A stretch of 64,000 nucleotides of DNA from Azolla caroliniana. Its lineage: Eukaryota; Plantae; Polypodiophyta. Below are positions 22,873 through 34,419 of the stretch, piece by piece. Numbering within the stretch: position 1 is the stretch's first letter; each line of letters starts with the position of its first letter. The stretch covers positions 8,370,001 to 8,434,000 of the forward strand of contig JBHGNT010000003.1 of the NCBI GenBank assembly GCA_043228905.1, written 5' to 3'. Made by a program: the position numbers and the translations under genes. The notes under the pieces are model-generated. The model was not told the origin of the DNA, did no database searches, and saw only the letters and a list, made by a program, of their open reading frames with translations.

Positions 22873-24705
22873 ATGGTTTGTGTGGTACTGGCGGTTGTTG
22901 CGGCAAGGAGGTGGCATCTTCATCAGATGGATGTGAAGAATGCCTTCCTTCAAGGAGATATTGAAGAAGAAGTCTTTATGACTCAGCCCCCCGGATTTCA
23001 GTCGGAGGTGAACAAGTCGGCGGTATGCCGGCTGAGGAAGTCGTTGTACGGCTTGAAGCAAGCCCCCCGTGCTTGGAATGCTAAGATCACGCACCGGTTG
23101 CGAAAGATGGGGTTTGTTGCCTCTAAGTCGGACTCTTCCTTGTTCATCCGTCAAGGCTCAAACGGTCCGGTATGTATCTTACTCTATGTTGATGATTTAG
23201 TCATCATCGGCCTAGGTCTTCCGGAAATCAACTGCGTCAAGTCCCAGTTGTCGGACGCATTCGATATGAAGGACTTGGGGGACCTTCATTATTTTTTGGG
23301 GATCGAGGTGATCCGCACCCCCGACGGCATATTGCTTTCTCAACACCATTATGCGTTAAATATATTGTACAAGTTCGGCATGACGGAATGCCGACCTGTC
23401 TCCAAACCCCTAGACCGGAATCAGAAGATTTGTCCCAACTCCGGACCAGCCTGCGATGAGAAACGGTTCCGACAAATAGTCGGAAGCCTGATCTACTTGA
23501 CCATCACCCGACCCGACATTAGCTATCTGGTCAGAGTGGTAAGCCAATTCATGCAAAAGCCGACCGTGGAGCACATTCAGTGCGCGCAACGAATACTGAG
23601 GTATGTAAGCGGCACTAAGGACCGGGGGCTCTTATACCAGCAAGGTATAACCAAAGAGATTGTCGGCTACACGAATGCCGACTGGGCTGGCGATGCAACG
23701 GATCGTCGCTCAACTTCCGGCTTTATGTTTTCTCTTGGGAGCGCGGCTGTTGCGTGGAGCAGCAAAAAGCAGCCAACAATGGCTCTATCCAGCACTGAGG
23801 CGGAATACCGGGGTGCGACCGTTGCCACCTGCGAAGCCATTTGGCTTCGGCGACTACTGCAAGACCTGCAGATCGAGGTACCGACCCCGATCCTGATCTA
23901 CTGCGATAACCTTAGCAGCATGCATCTCGCCAAAAACCCTGTGTTCCATGCTCGCACAAAGCACATAGAAGTGCATTATCACTTCGTGCGTGAGTGGGTC
24001 CTGAGCGGTGAAGTTGAACTACGGTATGTTCACACGAATCGGCAAGTTGTCGACATCTTCACCAAGCCGCTCGAGTCAGACAAGTTGCAGCACTTTACTG
24101 AAATGCTTGGTGTTCAGCATCTCGACGTGCCGCACTTGAGGGGGAGACGCAAGGGCAAAGACACTACCGAAACGGGCAAAGGCAAAAAAACTGTTGAACT
24201 CGTAGGTAAGAGAAGAACTTGTAGAGGTGGAGACAAGAAGAAAAATGAAGCCGAGTCAACGAAGGAAGTCGGCACATCCGAACAGGTCGGAGTGAGCGGC
24301 TGTGAAGAAGAAGTGTACACTCATGAAGAGAAGTGCATGCTATGCGGAGGTCATCACGATCATAATGGCCATGATGCGGAGTCGAATGAAGAATTCGACT
24401 TCGGTGAACCGGCTGAAGAGGCCAAGGAGACACGGACGCAGCGGAAGTCGATGCCATCGCGGAGGAACCAACGGATCGGCAAGCGCCAGAGTCATAGCAG
24501 CGAAGGAGCTGAGATGGGCCTATTGAGCAGACATGCCGAAGGTCAAGGCGCGCAGAACCAAAGGGGTCGTGGCAAACAGGACCGGACCGGACAAGGATCG
24601 CGAGCAAGGCAAAGCGACGCCAGGAGAAGTTGGTTGGAAGAACCGGCTGCCAAAGAGGTTGACACTACGACCCTACCTCAGGTTGAGCTTGAGGGGGAGT
24701 GTTGA
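22873..24705 (+). CDS. CopC RT/RNase H remainder with ~190-aa C-terminal extension (open 610 codons)
   Basis: HQMDVKNAFL, LYVDDL, SSKKQ, ARTKHIEVHYHF, then a K/E/R-rich tail whose stop lies inside the LTR start. Confidence 0.7.
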   Translation: MVCVVLAVVAARRWHLHQMDVKNAFLQGDIEEEVFMTQPPGFQSEVNKSAVCRLRKSLYGLKQAPRAWNAKITHRLRKMGFVASKSDSSLFIRQGSNGPVCILLYVDDLVIIGLGLPEINCVKSQLSDAFDMKDLGDLHYFLGIEVIRTPDGILLSQHHYALNILYKFGMTECRPVSKPLDRNQKICPNSGPACDEKRFRQIVGSLIYLTITRPDISYLVRVVSQFMQKPTVEHIQCAQRILRYVSGTKDRGLLYQQGITKEIVGYTNADWAGDATDRRSTSGFMFSLGSAAVAWSSKKQPTMALSSTEAEYRGATVATCEAIWLRRLLQDLQIEVPTPILIYCDNLSSMHLAKNPVFHARTKHIEVHYHFVREWVLSGEVELRYVHTNRQVVDIFTKPLESDKLQHFTEMLGVQHLDVPHLRGRRKGKDTTETGKGKKTVELVGKRRTCRGGDKKKNEAESTKEVGTSEQVGVSGCEEEVYTHEEKCMLCGGHHDHNGHDAESNEEFDFGEPAEEAKETRTQRKSMPSRRNQRIGKRQSHSSEGAEMGLLSRHAEGQGAQNQRGRGKQDRTGQGSRARQSDARRSWLEEPAAKEVDTTTLPQVELEGEC

Positions 24706-25037
24706 GCAGCAAGCTCAACCGGAGCCGGATCGGTTGAATAAGCCTAAGCCGGTAAGCGAGATGAATCGGTATGCCGGTGAGCAACCAAGCCGGTAAGCAG
24801 TAAGGATCGGTGAGCTGGGAGCCGGTATGCCGGATCCAATCCGTAACCGGAAGCCTAGTATAGGTTAGACTACTATGCAATTATAGTCTCGTAGTTAGTG
24901 TCAGATGCTCGTGTGAGCATTGAAGTACACCGTACTTCTAACAGTCCCGTGTGGACTTGTATAAATAGCACTGATGAGCGCGTTGTAGATACACAGAGCA
25001 CAGAGTATTCATATAATTTTGAAGAATAGTGTGTCCT

Positions 25038-25081
<44 letters not shown>

Positions 25082-25140
25082 GCGTACTCTCTCTCTCTTT
25101 GTGTATTGTTCTTTCTAACGCTTCCACAAGCAATCTTTCA

Positions 25141-28100
25141 CACATCACCGTCCGTGCCGAGCTCCGTTTACTCCCCATGCACGCGTTCTCGGCCCTCACC
25201 TGGCCAGATCGTGCATCGCCACTTCTCCGAGGAACACCCTGTAGTAGCCCGCTTGGCCACTTTCTTCTTGCGCTGCTGCCACCGGTTTGGAGCCTCCTGT
25301 CTTCAATCATGCAGCTTGTACCGCGCCCTCGTCCACATTCCCAGCATCATTGTGTGTCGTCTTCTATTCCCTTGTTCGGTGCTGCCTGCACTGAACGTCG
25401 TCCCTTAGTCGTGCTTTGATTCGGCCCTTGATGGCCACTTGCACGATCCTTCTTCAGCTCTGGGTGTGCCTTTCCGGCCCAACACACCGCTTCATGCTTG
25501 CCTTGCTGGCCCTTCGAAAACCGTAACCGGCCAGTAAAGGTTTTGCACCCCGACTACCCCGTCTAGCCGGCTTTCGTTGTTGACGGGTCCTGTTTCCCGC
25601 CGCCACCGTCTTTCTCCTTGGTCTTACGTCGACTCGCCGGCTTGCATTGCCAAGGTCTCCGGAACCGATGTGAGGACCCCATAGGATTGGCTTCCTTTAC
25701 CCTCATGACCTTGCCGGAAGAAGGTCTATTTCAGTTTGTGGCCGTCTTGCCGGCCCGATACCTCCTTGCCGCTCTGCCTTCGCCCCTCCTGCTTGATCCC
25801 GTTCACCCGCCGCCACCGTCCTTGTCACTCGGTCTAACGTTGCCACGTCGGCTTGAACTGCCGGTCTCCAGATTGGTGTGCGGATCGCCGTAGGATCGCC
25901 CCTGCGCAGTCCCTTCATCGCCGGTTCCCGTTTCCTACCGCCACCATCCTTCACACTCGGTCTCATGTTGCCACGTCAGCTTGAATTGCCGAAGTCTCCA
26001 GATTGGTGTGAGGATCCCATAGGAATGATCTTCCGTTGCCTTTCCCTCGTCCCCTCGCCGCCACCGTCAGTATCTTGGTCTTACGCCGACTTCGGTGCCG
26101 ACCCTTGAAGTCTCTAGATCCAGTGTGAAGGATCCTCGTCGGGCTTCTCGTCTTCCCAACCCTCTTCATGGTCGTCCTTCTCCGCATGTCAAGAGGGTGG
26201 CTCACTCCGCACCCTATCCTGTGGTACCGATGTACCGTGTTCCGGCCTCTTTATAGGCCTGCCTCTTCCTCCCTTCCGGATCGGTTATCCGGAAGTCCGC
26301 CCCACCCGGTTCTCATCCGGGTCCGACCATCACTCCACATTGCCGAGTCCCGTTCGCCTGCGGCCACCGTCTGTGTCTGGGTCTTACGTCGGATCTGATG
26401 CCGACCGCCGAAGTCTCTAGCCCGGTGTGAGGTGACCCATAGGACTTGTCCTCGCTCTCCGCTTCGTCCCTTGTACTTTTACCGGATTCGTCGTCGCTCT
26501 CCTTGCTGCGTTCCCGCCTCTATCTTCCATCTCTTTCGGTCTCACGTTGCCACGTTGTCTTGAACTGCCGAAGTCTCCGATCAAGATGTGGGGTAACCAA
26601 TTTCGTAACGTCTTCCGGCGACTCGTCCCAGGCCACCGACCCTTTTAGTGGTGTCGGTGGATAGCATCCGCTCTGTGATCAACCAAGCCCCTCCTAGGCT
26701 TGATTCTCCAATGTCCAGAGTTTCGGCTCCGATGTCGATCCTGCCGGACTCGTTCTGAACCCTTGATCACCTTCCTTTCAATTCCCGACCTTCGCCCGGT
26801 CGGTCTTTCTCCCCATGTAAAAGAGGGCAGTTTGTTCTGCACCCCCTTCCGTATCGGCACCTTCATGCCGATTCTAGCCTTGGTCGAACAATCCACGACC
26901 TGATCGCGCCACATCCGAATCGGAGTGCCACGCGGTTCGGTCCCCAGTCGGGTCGTTTCATGGCTCCTTCGTCGACCTTCTCGCGGGCCATTTCCCATCC
27001 ACCTTCCTCGATCTCACATGGGCGTAAGGGCCCGAATGCCAAGTTCTCCGGAATCGGTCCCGAGGGCTCTTGTTCATTCCTTCCCCATATCGTCTCGTCG
27101 GTGATTCTCAATCTCACGCCACCGCCTTCCTCCTCTTGGGACTCACGTGGGCACTCGGGCCCGACTGCCATCATCTCGGGAGCAAGTGTGGGAAGACGCG
27201 AAGAATCGTCCGTTCGTTTTATGCCCTTGTCCGTAGTCACCAGCTCCTCATGGTCGGTGGTCGTCCCTTTACCGATCGTGCAAGCCCCGCCTGGGCTTGC
27301 TTCTCCAATGTCCGGAGTTTCGGGCTGACGTGCCCAAAACCTCCAGTCCCAGCATTCCGATTCTACGATCGGTATCCTGGCCTTGTCCTTGGCCGCTCTA
27401 TCTCCGCAATCCGAGAGGGCGTTTTGTGCAGCACCCTCTCCCGTCGTACCGTCGTGTCGGTCTTCTGCCATCTCGTGGGGCAAGTCCGTCTCCTTGGTGT
27501 CGGCTTGCGGTCTCGTACTTTCCTCTTCCTCGAGCATTGCCTCGAGAGCTGCATACGCCTTCGCAATCATGGCCCCGAAACCGAGCCTTGCCGACTCTCT
27601 TTGCCGTTCGGCCTCTTCCCACTATGATGGCACGTCGTCGCGCGCCTTCCTCCTAGCCTTCTCAGCTCGCTCGTCATCTAGCCGTTGGCATAGCCTTCCG
27701 ACCTTCAACCAGTCCTCCGTAAGGCCATTCGCTCCATTCATGTCTTCGAGCTTAATCCCGATGGCCTCCCGTTCCGCTCGGTCGATCGACCTAATGAACA
27801 ACAGGACTTTGTCCGCCCCCACCGAACCTTGCTCACGCTCCGGGAGCCAAGCAAGCTGCCGCTTGAACTCTCAAAACGCGTTCACTACTCCTCGGTAGGT
27901 CTTCGCTGATGCCACCCACTGGTCGAAGCCGCGTCGTCCCCGGCTCTTCCGTTGTCCTCCATATGCCTGCAGGAGCACCTCTTCGAAGGCCTCCCACGAA
28001 CTATGAGCTTCTCGGAGCTCCTTCACTTCCGCGTGCATACGGACAACGATGACCCGACAGAAGAACTCCAGCCTCAATGCCTCGTCTATGTCTCGCTCCT

Positions 28101-29016
28101 CCATTTCCACGTCGTAGGCTTCCAAGTAGAATGGGCCTTGTCCCCATTGAAACAGCCGACTCTTTCGACCACTTGCTCAACCGCTTGCTACGCCGTCTCT
28201 CTTCTTCTTGTTGCCCGTCCAAACTCCCTCACCACTTCGACAAAAAGTTGCGCGAAGTCGTCTTCTTCCAACTCCATTCTCCCTTGCCGCCCCATTCACG
28301 TCGGGTTCACCGAAGATGTCAAGTTATTACGCGCATGCGTGTAGAAGGGGGCGGGACCACGAGGGTCTCGAACGAGGGAGAAAAAAAGATGCCAAGAAAA
28401 CCGACACCGGACATGACCCGGATGCAACCGAACACGAGAGAGAGAGAGAGACAAAGGAGAGGGAGAGCATGCGCGTGACACCGACTCTTATGCACAGGAA
28501 GCAAAGGGGTTGTGCTCCCGACACCACCCAATACACCAATATGCACAAACAGATATGAGTATGTATATTACAAGGGAAAGAATACAACCTCGGCTTCGAG
28601 CCGGACCAAGGTAGGGTATGTTACAACGGCAGTCTGCTGCCAAGCCTCCGAGCGGGGTCTTGCACAGGAGGCCGGGCAGAAGCAAACCCAAAACCGACAC
28701 AAACTCTCCACCCACACGATGAAGAAGAAGAAGAAAAGGGAACTACCAAGAAGAAACCCTAGATCAAAGCAAGAGTAAGAGAAACTGCCTAACCCTAAAC
28801 TAACGGTATACCCTCTAACACAAAAATGGGTAACCCCTTCACAATGGACCCCTCCCTTCCTTTTATAGTCCAAGGAGAGAGGAACGTTACAATGTGGGAT
28901 CAATACTCCCCTTATTCTATACAACGTTTTCCTATTATACAAGTGCACATGTTGCACACCACCGACTTGCCCTATTCCACCCTGATTTCACACTATAGCC
29001 GGAAATCTTCACGACA
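25141..29016 (-). mobile_element. Non-autonomous-looking GypW element 5: 5' LTR 28317-29016, Trp PBS ~28294-28312, gag N-terminal half, repetitive tail
   Basis: Minus strand TGTCGTGAAG...TGACA; PBS (C)GGTGAACCCGACGTGAAT. Gag motifs MHAEVKELR..WEAFEE, KVLLFIRSID, GLTEDW. Flank CCGT in CopB gag. Confidence 0.82.
25570..26600. repeat. Degenerate tandem units inside element 5
   Basis: ccgccaccgtc...ggtct(t/c)acgt...gaagtctc...gtgtgagga.cccatagga recurs about 6-7 times. Confidence 0.7.
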
Positions 29017-30110
29017 CCGTAGTCGGAGTTCGTGGTGTAATTTGTTAGTTGTCGGCCTTGCTCACGCTTCTTCTTCCGACACTCCTCTTCGTAGTGGCCG
29101 GGTTTTCCACAGTACCCGCACTCAACTGGGTTCCTACGGTTGCTTGGTCCGGCGTGATGACTCTCCCTTCCGCCGAACTCTCTAGAGCCGTTTTTGTCCA
29201 CTTGCCATTGGTGGGAGTTACGCTCTTGGTTGTGTCGGCCTTGGCCGAATCAACCTCTGCTTCCGCAGCTTTGTCCTCTTCCTCCATCGAAGTTCGAATA
29301 TAGCATTTGTCCATCATGCACGTTGTTCCTTTGACGCACGTGATTCTCTTCAACTAGCAACAATGATTGGAGATCAAAAAAGGCGGGAGGATTCTCTCTC
29401 GCAAGAACAATTGATCTTATTGCGCCAAATCGCGGTGCCAAGCCACCGAGGCATATCTGCACCATTTCTTCATCGTCAATGCTAACATTTATCGATCCAA
29501 GGGCATCGCACAACTCCTTGATCTTTAAGGTGTAGTTGCCAATTGACATGTCCCTTTGTTGAAGATTGTTTAGCTCCTGTTGAAGTTGGAGCTTTCGTGT
29601 GGTCATATTGGCTGCGAAAATCTTCTTGAGGTTTTCCCAAGCCACCGAGGCATATCTGCACCATTTCTTCGTCGTCAATGCTAACATTGATCGATCCAAG
29701 GGCATCGCACAACTCCTTGATCTTTAAGGTGTAGTTGCCAATTGACATGTCCCTTTGTTGAAGATTGTTCAACTCCTGTTGAAGTTGGAGCTTTTGTGCG
29801 GCCGTATTAGCTGCGAAAATCTTCTTGAGATTTTCCCACGCTTGCTTCGGCGTTTTGGCCTCTCAAATGTAGCCAATCATATGATCATGAACGCATGATG
29901 CAAGGCAATACAACACACGGCTTGCGGCCTACTCCCAAGCGGGATAGTCAGCGTGTGTTGGGTGTTGGGTTGTGATTCGTGAGCTCCTTTGATGTAGCTC
30001 CAATAGCCTTGTCCGACAAGGTATTGATGCATCTTGTATTCCCAAGTTGCAAAGTTCGTTCTATCGAGCTTCTCGGTAGGAAGAGCGCTTCCCATTTGAG
30101 TATTCATGGT
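29017..30110 (-). pseudogene. CopB gag with 199-bp tandem duplication
   Basis: MGSALPTEKLDRTNFATW, AWENLKKIFAA, CGYCGKPGHYEEEC. Duplicated units start at 29441 and 29640. Confidence 0.88.
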
Positions 30111-30850
30111 GATTTCTTCTCTGTTGATGGGCCGGTTCTGTTGATCGTCAGCATGCAGCACAACACAATCGAATACGCTTAATCAGGCAACCACACGCTC
30201 TGATACCATGTAACGGAATGGGAGGCAAGAGTGATTGCAATGCAGCGGAAGAAGATTAAGAGTGTGTGTGTGAGAGAGGCAACACAGGGAGAGAGAGAGA
30301 GAGAGAGCTCTTAAGGCAAAGATAGAAAAACTGTATATTAACCAAAAAATACATCAAACATAAAACATCCAACAATCACTAAGTTACAATGCATTGGTTT
30401 ATATACCAACTAAGCTAGGGCAAGTACCCTTCCTACTATTTACAAAACTAGCCCAACATGTCCATGAACTAGTGTGAAACCTGTCTGTGGGAAGTTGAGT
30501 TCGACTCTTAACACTATCATTATTTTATTTTTGTAAGTCCAAATTAGACATACATTATTTTTTGAAAGCCCTTTGAGTTAGCTTTCTTATGGATCTTTTT
30601 TTGTCTAATTTGGACATCGGATGAGGAAATTATGAGCTTTTTTCTCTACCTTGCTCCTCAATTCCACGCCTTGCGTTTTTTTTTTTCTCTTACTTTTTCT
30701 ATTTTTATCTACTTTTGAAAAACCGCTTCTACCTTACTATCTTTTCATCATTTATTACAAAAGTTGACTTTGCAATATTAGTTTATTTGGACCACTACTT
30801 TATTCTCTTTTGAGGGTGGTTTCGCACTATGTGTCGAAAACATCACGACA

Positions 30851-33017
30851 ACGTCGTGTTCAATGAGTCAGCCATGCATCAATCGGTCGAAAAATCGATC
30901 GAAGTCCGAAGGGTAATTTTTTCCGATGTGCCAACCCTTCACGAAGGCCCAGCCCACAACACATGATCAGCTTCACGGGTAGCTGAACCTTCTAACACCG
31001 ACTCAGAGAATTTCAACTCGGCACAGCCGAACTATTCGGCTTTGGACCATCCGACCACGACACCTAATGCAACTAGTCCATTCATACCTCGAAGATTCGA
31101 GAGACTGTCGTAACCCCCGAAGAGATACTCTCCTGGCATCTTCTTTACGGACATCGGAGAATCGACGTCATACAAAGAAGCATCGGCGTCAACCAATTCG
31201 GCCACCTGGCATTTGGCAATGGAGTCCGAAATGAACTCCATTCACGCAAACAAGACTTGGGACCTGGTCGAATTACCGAAAAATCAGCGTGTTCTTTCGT
31301 GCAAGTGGGTCTATCGATTTAAGGAGACGTCTGATTCGGCCAACCCAAAATTCAAAGCCAGATTAGTAGCAAAGGGTTTTTTACAGGAACACGGTGTCGA
31401 TTTTGGCAAAATCTTTTCACCAGTAGTGAAGATGACAACCCTTCGATTCATGCTCGGCGTAGTGGAAGTCGAAAATTTGGAACTGATTCAGCTAGATGTC
31501 AAAACGGCTTTCCTCCATGGTGATCTTGAGGAGGAAATTTATATGGAGCAGCCGAAAGGTTTCGTGGCATCAGGAAGAGTCTTTACGGCTTGAAACAGGC
31601 TCCACGACAATGGTACAAGAAGTTCGACGACTTCATCCAGTCGATCAGCTTCTCAAAGAGCAATGAGGACCATTGTCTCTTCACAAAGACAACTCAAGAT
31701 GGATCACCCATCTTCCTCATCATCTACGTGGACGACATGCTAATCTCTGGACGCCATGCCGGTGAACTCGTCGAACTCGTTCGGCAATTGCGATTGAAGT
31801 TTTCCATGAAGGATCTCGGTCCGGCACGACACATTCTTGGTATGAAGATAAGTCGAAATCGTAATCAATGACAATTGTTTCTATCCCAATCCAACTACAT
31901 TGGACGTGTCCTAAAACGCTTCAACATGCAATCGGCAAAATTTGCCTCTACCATGCTCCCTATAGTACTCGACTGTCTCAGCGAAACTGCCCGACATTCA
32001 GTTCGGAGGGGGAAATTATGAAGTCGGTATAGTATGCACCGACAGTTGGCTCCCTAATGTATGCGATGGTTGCGACACGACCTGATATCGCTCACGTCGT
32101 TGGAGTCGTCAGCAGATTTATGCATAATCCCGACCGATCGCACTGGAACACAGTCAAGCATGTGTTTAGATATCTGGTGGGCACAAAAGACCTTGGTATT
32201 CTATTCGGCTTGAACGACATCTCAGGCGTAGTCGGATACACCGACTCAGACTTTGCGGGTTGCATAGACAGTCGTAAATCGACAACCGGATATTGTTTTA
32301 AACTCGGCAATGGAGCGATCTCATGGAAATCGAAACTTCAAGAGTGCATCGCCACATCAATAACCGAGGCCGAATACGTAGCCGCATCCGATGCGGCAAA
32401 AGAGGCCTTATGGCTTGGTCGGTTGGCCTGCACATTTCAACAAGCCGAAATCGGCTCGGCTGCAATTGTTTACAGTGACAGTCAAGGTGTTTTTGCTTTG
32501 TCGAAAAATCCAGTTCATCACAACGCCTCCAAGCATATCGACGTTCGATATCACTTCGTTCAGGACTGCGTCATTACAAGGAAAATCAATGTAGAGAAAA
32601 TATCAACAACCGATAATGTCGCGGACTCATTAACCAAGTGTCTTTCGGCGGATCGATTTCGATCCCTTAGGCAATACATGGGCGTAATAAAGAATCAGTT
32701 CGATTAAATCAGACACTCAGGATGCTCTTCGGACACCAGACTTCGGTTGTTCAGAACTTTGTATCAATCTGTATTATATACTCATTTCGAGTACAGATTT
32801 CGGATGTATACGCCCATTATGGGGGAGTGTTGAATATGGGTTTTTAATGGACGTATTCACACTGTCTCCTTTTAAACACACTAAACTTAGTCTATTTATG
32901 TAAATAGTGAGAAGGGCAGTTGCCCTAAGTTAGTCAGTATATAAACTGACTTTGTAACCTAGTTACGGGTTGGTTGTTCATTTAATAAAGTTGTAATAAA
33001 CTTCCTTGACATTGTCC

Positions 33018-33059
<42 letters not shown>

Positions 33060-33179
33060 GTACTAGTTGTTTTATTTTCTGTCTTTGCTGCCATCAAAGC
33101 TATGATCTTGCATCCATTTATGATCTTATCCTAGAAGAGTGTTAATCTTGTTTCGCATTAGAAGACGGTATTCCCAACA
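30851..33179 (+). mobile_element. CopA 3' half: RT/RNase H (to 32707), PPT, 3' LTR 32828-33179
   Basis: [46 protein letters not shown]; GGGGGAG followed by TGTTG...CAACA. Confidence 0.9.
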
Positions 33180-34419
33180 ACCTCTCCCACAACCTTGAGG
33201 CAAAAATCTCATTCGTGCCTCTTTGATGAAGATTGCTTGCCCATGCCACAATATTGAATCCATCTCCATGATCTGAAAATGATGAATGAAGAGCTCTCTT
33301 CCCTCATTGCAACTTTATAAGCACGATTCCATATTTTATGTTTCTCTAAACCTTGAAACCATTGTACAAATTGTTTCTCCTCTTTCTTATTGTGTTTCCT
33401 CTTATGTTTATGGTTCTCCCCCCTCCTTCCTCTATTTTCTCTATTTATATGAGGTTCTAAAATTGTGTTGATGTTTCTTCCCCCTCCTCTCTAATTGTGG
33501 GTTTGATTCAACCAAGGTGATTGCAATTGGTAATTAACTCTTCATCATATCCGTAAAATCAATCTCTAATTCTCAGGTAAGTTTCCCACCCAACTATTTC
33601 CCATTAAATTTCTAAGGTGAAGTGAAGAGGTTTACAATGAGACTGAAAAATATCAAGCATGATTATTTTGTGGGTTTAGGGGTAAGAATGATGTTCGACT
33701 TAAACTCGAGTCCATCTCATTGTTCTATCCCTTATGCACTTGAGAATGAAAATATGAATACTTTACATGATGCTTGGGTCTCACTTAATGATAATGATTA
33801 TACTAGTAGTGATTCAATCAATCCAGATGCAGACATAACAAGTGATAGTCCCACTGACAACGAGTCAATGGATAATGATAACCTCAATCTAATGAATATT
33901 GATCTCATGAAATATACTAATGCAAGCTTATTGAGCCGAGTGAATCACAAAGCTCCTTGATCTTCAAGGTGTAGCTTGTGATGCATATATCCCTTTGTTG
34001 GATATTATTCAACTCTTGGCGAAGTTGAAGTTTTCTTGCGGTTGTGTTGGCTGCGAAAATCTTCCTAAGATTCTCCCATGCTTCCTTGGCGTCTCGGCTT
34101 CTCGAATGTAGCCAATCATGTGGTCATGAACACATGTCGCCAAGCAATACATTAATCTGCTGCCACTTGCTCCCATGTTGAGTAGTCAGCATCTTTTCGA
34201 TTGGGTCCATTTTCTTGTGCTCCTTTGATGTAGCTCCAATATACTTGACCGACAAGGTATTGGTGCATCTTGCGCTCCCAATATCCAAAGTTGTTTCTAT
34301 CTAGCTTCTCGCTAGGGAGAGCGCTCCCCATTTGAGTATTCATTGTCGATGAAGATCTCCTTCTTCTTTTCCTTCTCTCTTGAACACGAGCTATGTCGTC
34401 GCACTACGATAGCAATGAG

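Larger units (their letters stand above)
12337..25140 (+). mobile_element. Ty1/copia element CopC (5' truncated): gag knuckle, PR, IN, RT, RH, 3' LTR 24700-~25140; split by two GypW insertions
   Basis: [53 protein letters not shown]. Frame rejoins across both inserts (QPGVVETG; MMTVCVVL). PPT GAGGGGGAG 24691-24699. LTR right end approximate. Confidence 0.88.
8632..30513 (-). mobile_element. Ty1/copia element CopB: 5' LTR 30209-30513, iMet PBS 30197-30208, 3' LTR 8632-8940, TSD CTATC
   Basis: Near-identical ~305-309-bp LTRs TG..CA. CTATC at 8627-8631 and 30514-30518. TGGTATCAGAGC directly after the 5' LTR. Confidence 0.92.
5884..30850 (-). mobile_element. GypW element 3, a ~25-kb composite insert with 4-bp TSD ACGT
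   Basis: ACGT at 5880-5883 and 30851-30854. Removing the insert restores CopA S-D-V-V-F-N-E. Termini TGTCGTGA...TCACGACA. 5' LTR = 30850-30519 + 8631-8065. Confidence 0.85.

Noticed and set aside
33622-33960. 112-aa D/N-rich ORF
   Set aside because: Low complexity, GTG start, no motif; runs into a TE fragment.
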